Assembly: GCA_023389255.1 (NCBI GenBank)
Contig: JAEWER010000033.1
Span: forward strand, 198-64,197
Length of the DNA: 64,000 nt
Direction: 5' to 3'
DNA from: Bacillota bacterium
GTDB lineage: Bacteria; Bacillota; Clostridia; Saccharofermentanales; DTU023
The notes under the pieces were generated by a model. That model did no database searches. It was not told the origin of the DNA and saw only the letters and a list, made by a program, of their open reading frames with translations. Of this stretch, positions 62,091 to 64,000 are shown one piece after another; the stretch's first letter is position 1, and every line of letters begins with the position of its first letter. The translations under genes were made by a program, and so were the position numbers.

Positions 62091-64000
62091 TTAGTTATTA
62101 GCTTGATTGCCTCCCGCTACTTTACGTCTAACATAGAACAACATTAAAGCTACGGCGCTCAGTAACACGCATGCTGCAATTGGCGTTGCCGCTTCTCCAG
62201 TCTTAGGCAGTTTAGCTCCAGATTGCTTCGGCGCAGATGTCTTATTCAGAGATATTGTTTCCTTGATACCCGGTTTAGCAACAGTGGTGGTTACCACACT
62301 ATTCTCCTTACCGTTCAAGGCATCTATTGCCGCACGCAGACGCTTCATGGCTTCTTCAATCTCTGCTGCAGTTGCATTAGGATTGTTCAACACTTCTCTG
62401 GCTGCCTTTAAGGCATCATCAAAGGCTTGTTTCTTATCTTTATCTGCATTCTTATAGAGATCTTTATCAATTAGGCTATCCGCTTCATCGACCAGATTTT
62501 TTAGACCTGTCTTATCGACTGCTTCTGTAGTCTGTTCAGGCTTTTTGACTACTAAGTCACTGCTATTGATCTGATCTGAACTACCGTCGGGATAAGTGAT
62601 GGTAGCATTGCCCTCGTTGTCAATGGTAATCACTGTGCCCTTAGGCAAGGTGGATGTACCATCGCCATTCTTGTTGGCATCTTCGATTGCTTGCTTAACT
62701 TCTTCTTTCTCAGAATCTGTTAGCTTGCTAGGATCAGTGACTTCAACTTTCTTGTCAGGCTTCCTAGGATCTACCTTATCAGCATCGCTGGTGCTCGGCT
62801 GTTCAGGCTTCTTAGTCACCAGTTTGTCGCCATCAATCGAAGTTGACGTACCATCAGGATAGGTGATGGTGGCATTGCCTTCGTTGTCGATAGTGATCAC
62901 AGTACCCTTAGGCAAAGTAGATGTACCATCGCCATTCTTGTTGGCATCTTCAATTGCTTGCTTGACTTCTTCTTTCTCAGAATCTGTCAGATTGCTAGGA
63001 TCAACAACTTCAACTTTCTCACTAGGTGTTACAAGCTTAGTTTTCTCTGCATCAGTCAATTTCACAATAGGAACTTCGGTGGTAGTTTCAACCTCGCCGT
63101 CTTTCTTGGTTGCGATTGTGACTTTATCCTTACCCGGTGTAGGTGCAGGTATTGCCGTACCATCTGGTAAAGGAATTACTAAGTTTCCAGCCTCGTCTTT
63201 CTTTACAGTCACACCATCACCAGTTGTCCAATTACCTTCTTCATCTTTGGTCACTGTGACTGTTGTCGCAGGATCTGTAGGAATGGTGATGACAATTTCA
63301 TCGACATTGGTGGGTTCACCAACGCTGACAGTGGTATCTCCTTCTTTAATTCTGTTCGGATTGATTTTTTCCGTTACAGTCTGAGTTGAAGGAATGGTGT
63401 CCTTTGATTGATCGGGATAAGTCACTGTGACATTACCTTGATCATCGATTGAGATAACTGTATCTGCTGGTAAGGTTGATTTTCCGGCTTCATCCTTATT
63501 GGCATTCTCAACAGCTTCTTTCACAGCTGCTTTTTCTTCTGGAGTCAGCTGATTGAGGTTTTCTACAGGAACCTTATTAGTCGGCGGATTAGGTGTATTA
63601 TTATCCGCATACGTCTTATCCGGTTGTTTTTGTACTACTAAGTCGCTAGCAGAGATATTATCCTTACTACCGTCATTGTAGGTGATGGTCGCATTACCCT
63701 CTTTATCAACAGTGATGGTGATGTCATCGGGCAATGTTGAATTACCATGTTCATCTTTGTTCGCATCGATGATTGCTTGTTTTACCTGCTCTTTTTCGTC
63801 ATTAGTCAGATTAGTTAAATCTGCTACTGGAACCTTGTCTGCAGGTACAGTTGGGTTATGCTTATCTGCCTCAGTTTCTGTAGGTACTACGGGCTTAGCT
63901 GTGATAGCGATTTCAGTTTTGTCGCTGCTGTTGCCAGCTGCATCTTCTGCTACCAGAGATACTTTCTTACCATCCTCGCCTGGTGCAGGTACGGTTGTAC
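62091..64000 (-). CDS. LPXTG-anchored repetitive surface protein (Rib/YPDG-like repeat modules plus a FIVAR-like helical domain); the N-terminus lies beyond the window end
   Basis: C-terminal LPKTGE plus a hydrophobic stretch plus RRK. At least 5 modules of the form ...EK..VK.AI..ANK..G.STLP....I.ID..GNAT(I/V)TYPDGS.D. A FIVAR-like segment, LYKNADKDKKQAFDDALKAAREVLNNPNATAAEIEEAMKRL. The reading frame stays open from the track's TTG 63734 up to position 64000. Confidence 0.88.
   Translation of the reverse strand, partial: TTVPAPGEDGKKVSLVAEDAAGNSSDKTEIAITAKPVVPTETEADKHNPTVPADKVPVADLTNLTNDEKEQVKQAIIDANKDEHGNSTLPDDITITVDKEGNATITYNDGSKDNISASDLVVQKQPDKTYADNNTPNPPTNKVPVENLNQLTPEEKAAVKEAVENANKDEAGKSTLPADTVISIDDQGNVTVTYPDQSKDTIPSTQTVTEKINPNRIKEGDTTVSVGEPTNVDEIVITIPTDPATTVTVTKDEEGNWTTGDGVTVKKDEAGNLVIPLPDGTAIPAPTPGKDKVTIATKKDGEVETTTEVPIVKLTDAEKTKLVTPSEKVEVVDPSNLTDSEKEEVKQAIEDANKNGDGTSTLPKGTVITIDNEGNATITYPDGTSTSIDGDKLVTKKPEQPSTSDADKVDPRKPDKKVEVTDPSKLTDSEKEEVKQAIEDANKNGDGTSTLPKGTVITIDNEGNATITYPDGSSDQINSSDLVVKKPEQTTEAVDKTGLKNLVDEADSLIDKDLYKNADKDKKQAFDDALKAAREVLNNPNATAAEIEEAMKRLRAAIDALNGKENSVVTTTVAKPGIKETISLNKTSAPKQSGAKLPKTGEAATPIAACVLLSAVALMLFYVRRKVAGGNQANN
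62596..63129 (-). repeat. Tandem duplication, 2 x 267 bp, inside the adhesin gene
   Basis: The units start at 62596 and 62863. My hand alignment gives 19 mismatches in the first 160 nt (~88% identity), and each unit diverges towards its end. More diverged copies start near 63430 and 63680. Confidence 0.85.

Noticed and set aside
62596-63384. Long plus-strand ORFs antisense to the adhesin (88 and 173 aa), and similar antisense ORFs inside the protease (e.g. 1644-2030, 2778-3167) and the M23 coiled-coil region (9611-10357).
   Set aside because: They mirror the repeat structure and codon bias of the sense genes, including duplicated N-termini caused by the 267-bp repeat. They lack RBSs and encode Ser/Leu/Val-rich low-complexity strings.
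1-64000. Looked for CRISPR arrays, IS elements or transposases, integrases, phage modules, toxin-antitoxin pairs, restriction-modification genes and known defence-system signatures (helicase/nuclease/TIR/SIR2/reverse transcriptase).
   Set aside because: I found no spaced direct-repeat array, no terminal inverted repeats and no ORF with such motifs. Every large ORF has a housekeeping, envelope or transport assignment. I cannot exclude short or highly diverged elements without a search tool.

Overview
This is a 64-kb chromosomal window from a low-GC, Gram-positive-type bacterium. The envelope evidence is an LPXTG sorting signal, an LCP-family protein and several lipoboxes. Pyruvate:ferredoxin oxidoreductase and formate-THF ligase indicate an anaerobic fermentative metabolism, and a sialic-acid-like uptake/lyase cluster suggests host association. 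I resolve 46 protein-coding loci (one looks like a 5'-truncated remnant) and one tRNA-Leu(UAG). 43 of the 46 loci are on the minus strand.

The right end carries the origin-proximal block rpmH-rnpA-yidD-yidC-jag-mnmE-mnmG, but no dnaA is adjacent. The rest is mostly housekeeping and envelope biology:
- a 1721-aa S8 cell-envelope protease with a divergent lipoprotein
- ftsE-ftsX-M23 peptidase-S41 peptidase
- a CdaR-like regulator and fhs
- a Crp/Fnr regulator directly behind the tRNA
- a PTS EIICB-PHP hydrolase-aldo/keto reductase-TIM-barrel isomerase operon
- an MBOAT plus AlgJ/DHHW-like O-acyltransferase pair
- a family-5 SBP ABC transporter with a fused permease-ATPase, a NanA-like lyase and a ROK kinase
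- PFOR, a fused PGK-TPI, galK, an ABC-F protein
- a tightly coupled four-gene operon ending in a DagK-type lipid kinase
- an LCP protein plus a small basic ORF
- a repeat-rich LPXTG adhesin that runs off the window

I saw no CRISPR array, transposase, integrase, phage gene or recognisable defence system.

The most interesting items are gene-neighbourhood and regulatory observations rather than one clear novel system:
- the uncharacterised PTS-PHP-AKR-isomerase locus with twin palindromic operators
- a perfect CRP-consensus box upstream of PFOR, and a second box at exact class-II geometry upstream of a hemerythrin/PAS gene
- the tRNA-regulator fusion transcript
- the protease plus PrcB-like lipoprotein pair
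- the CYTH-containing four-gene operon

All functional calls come from motif recognition by eye. No database search was run.
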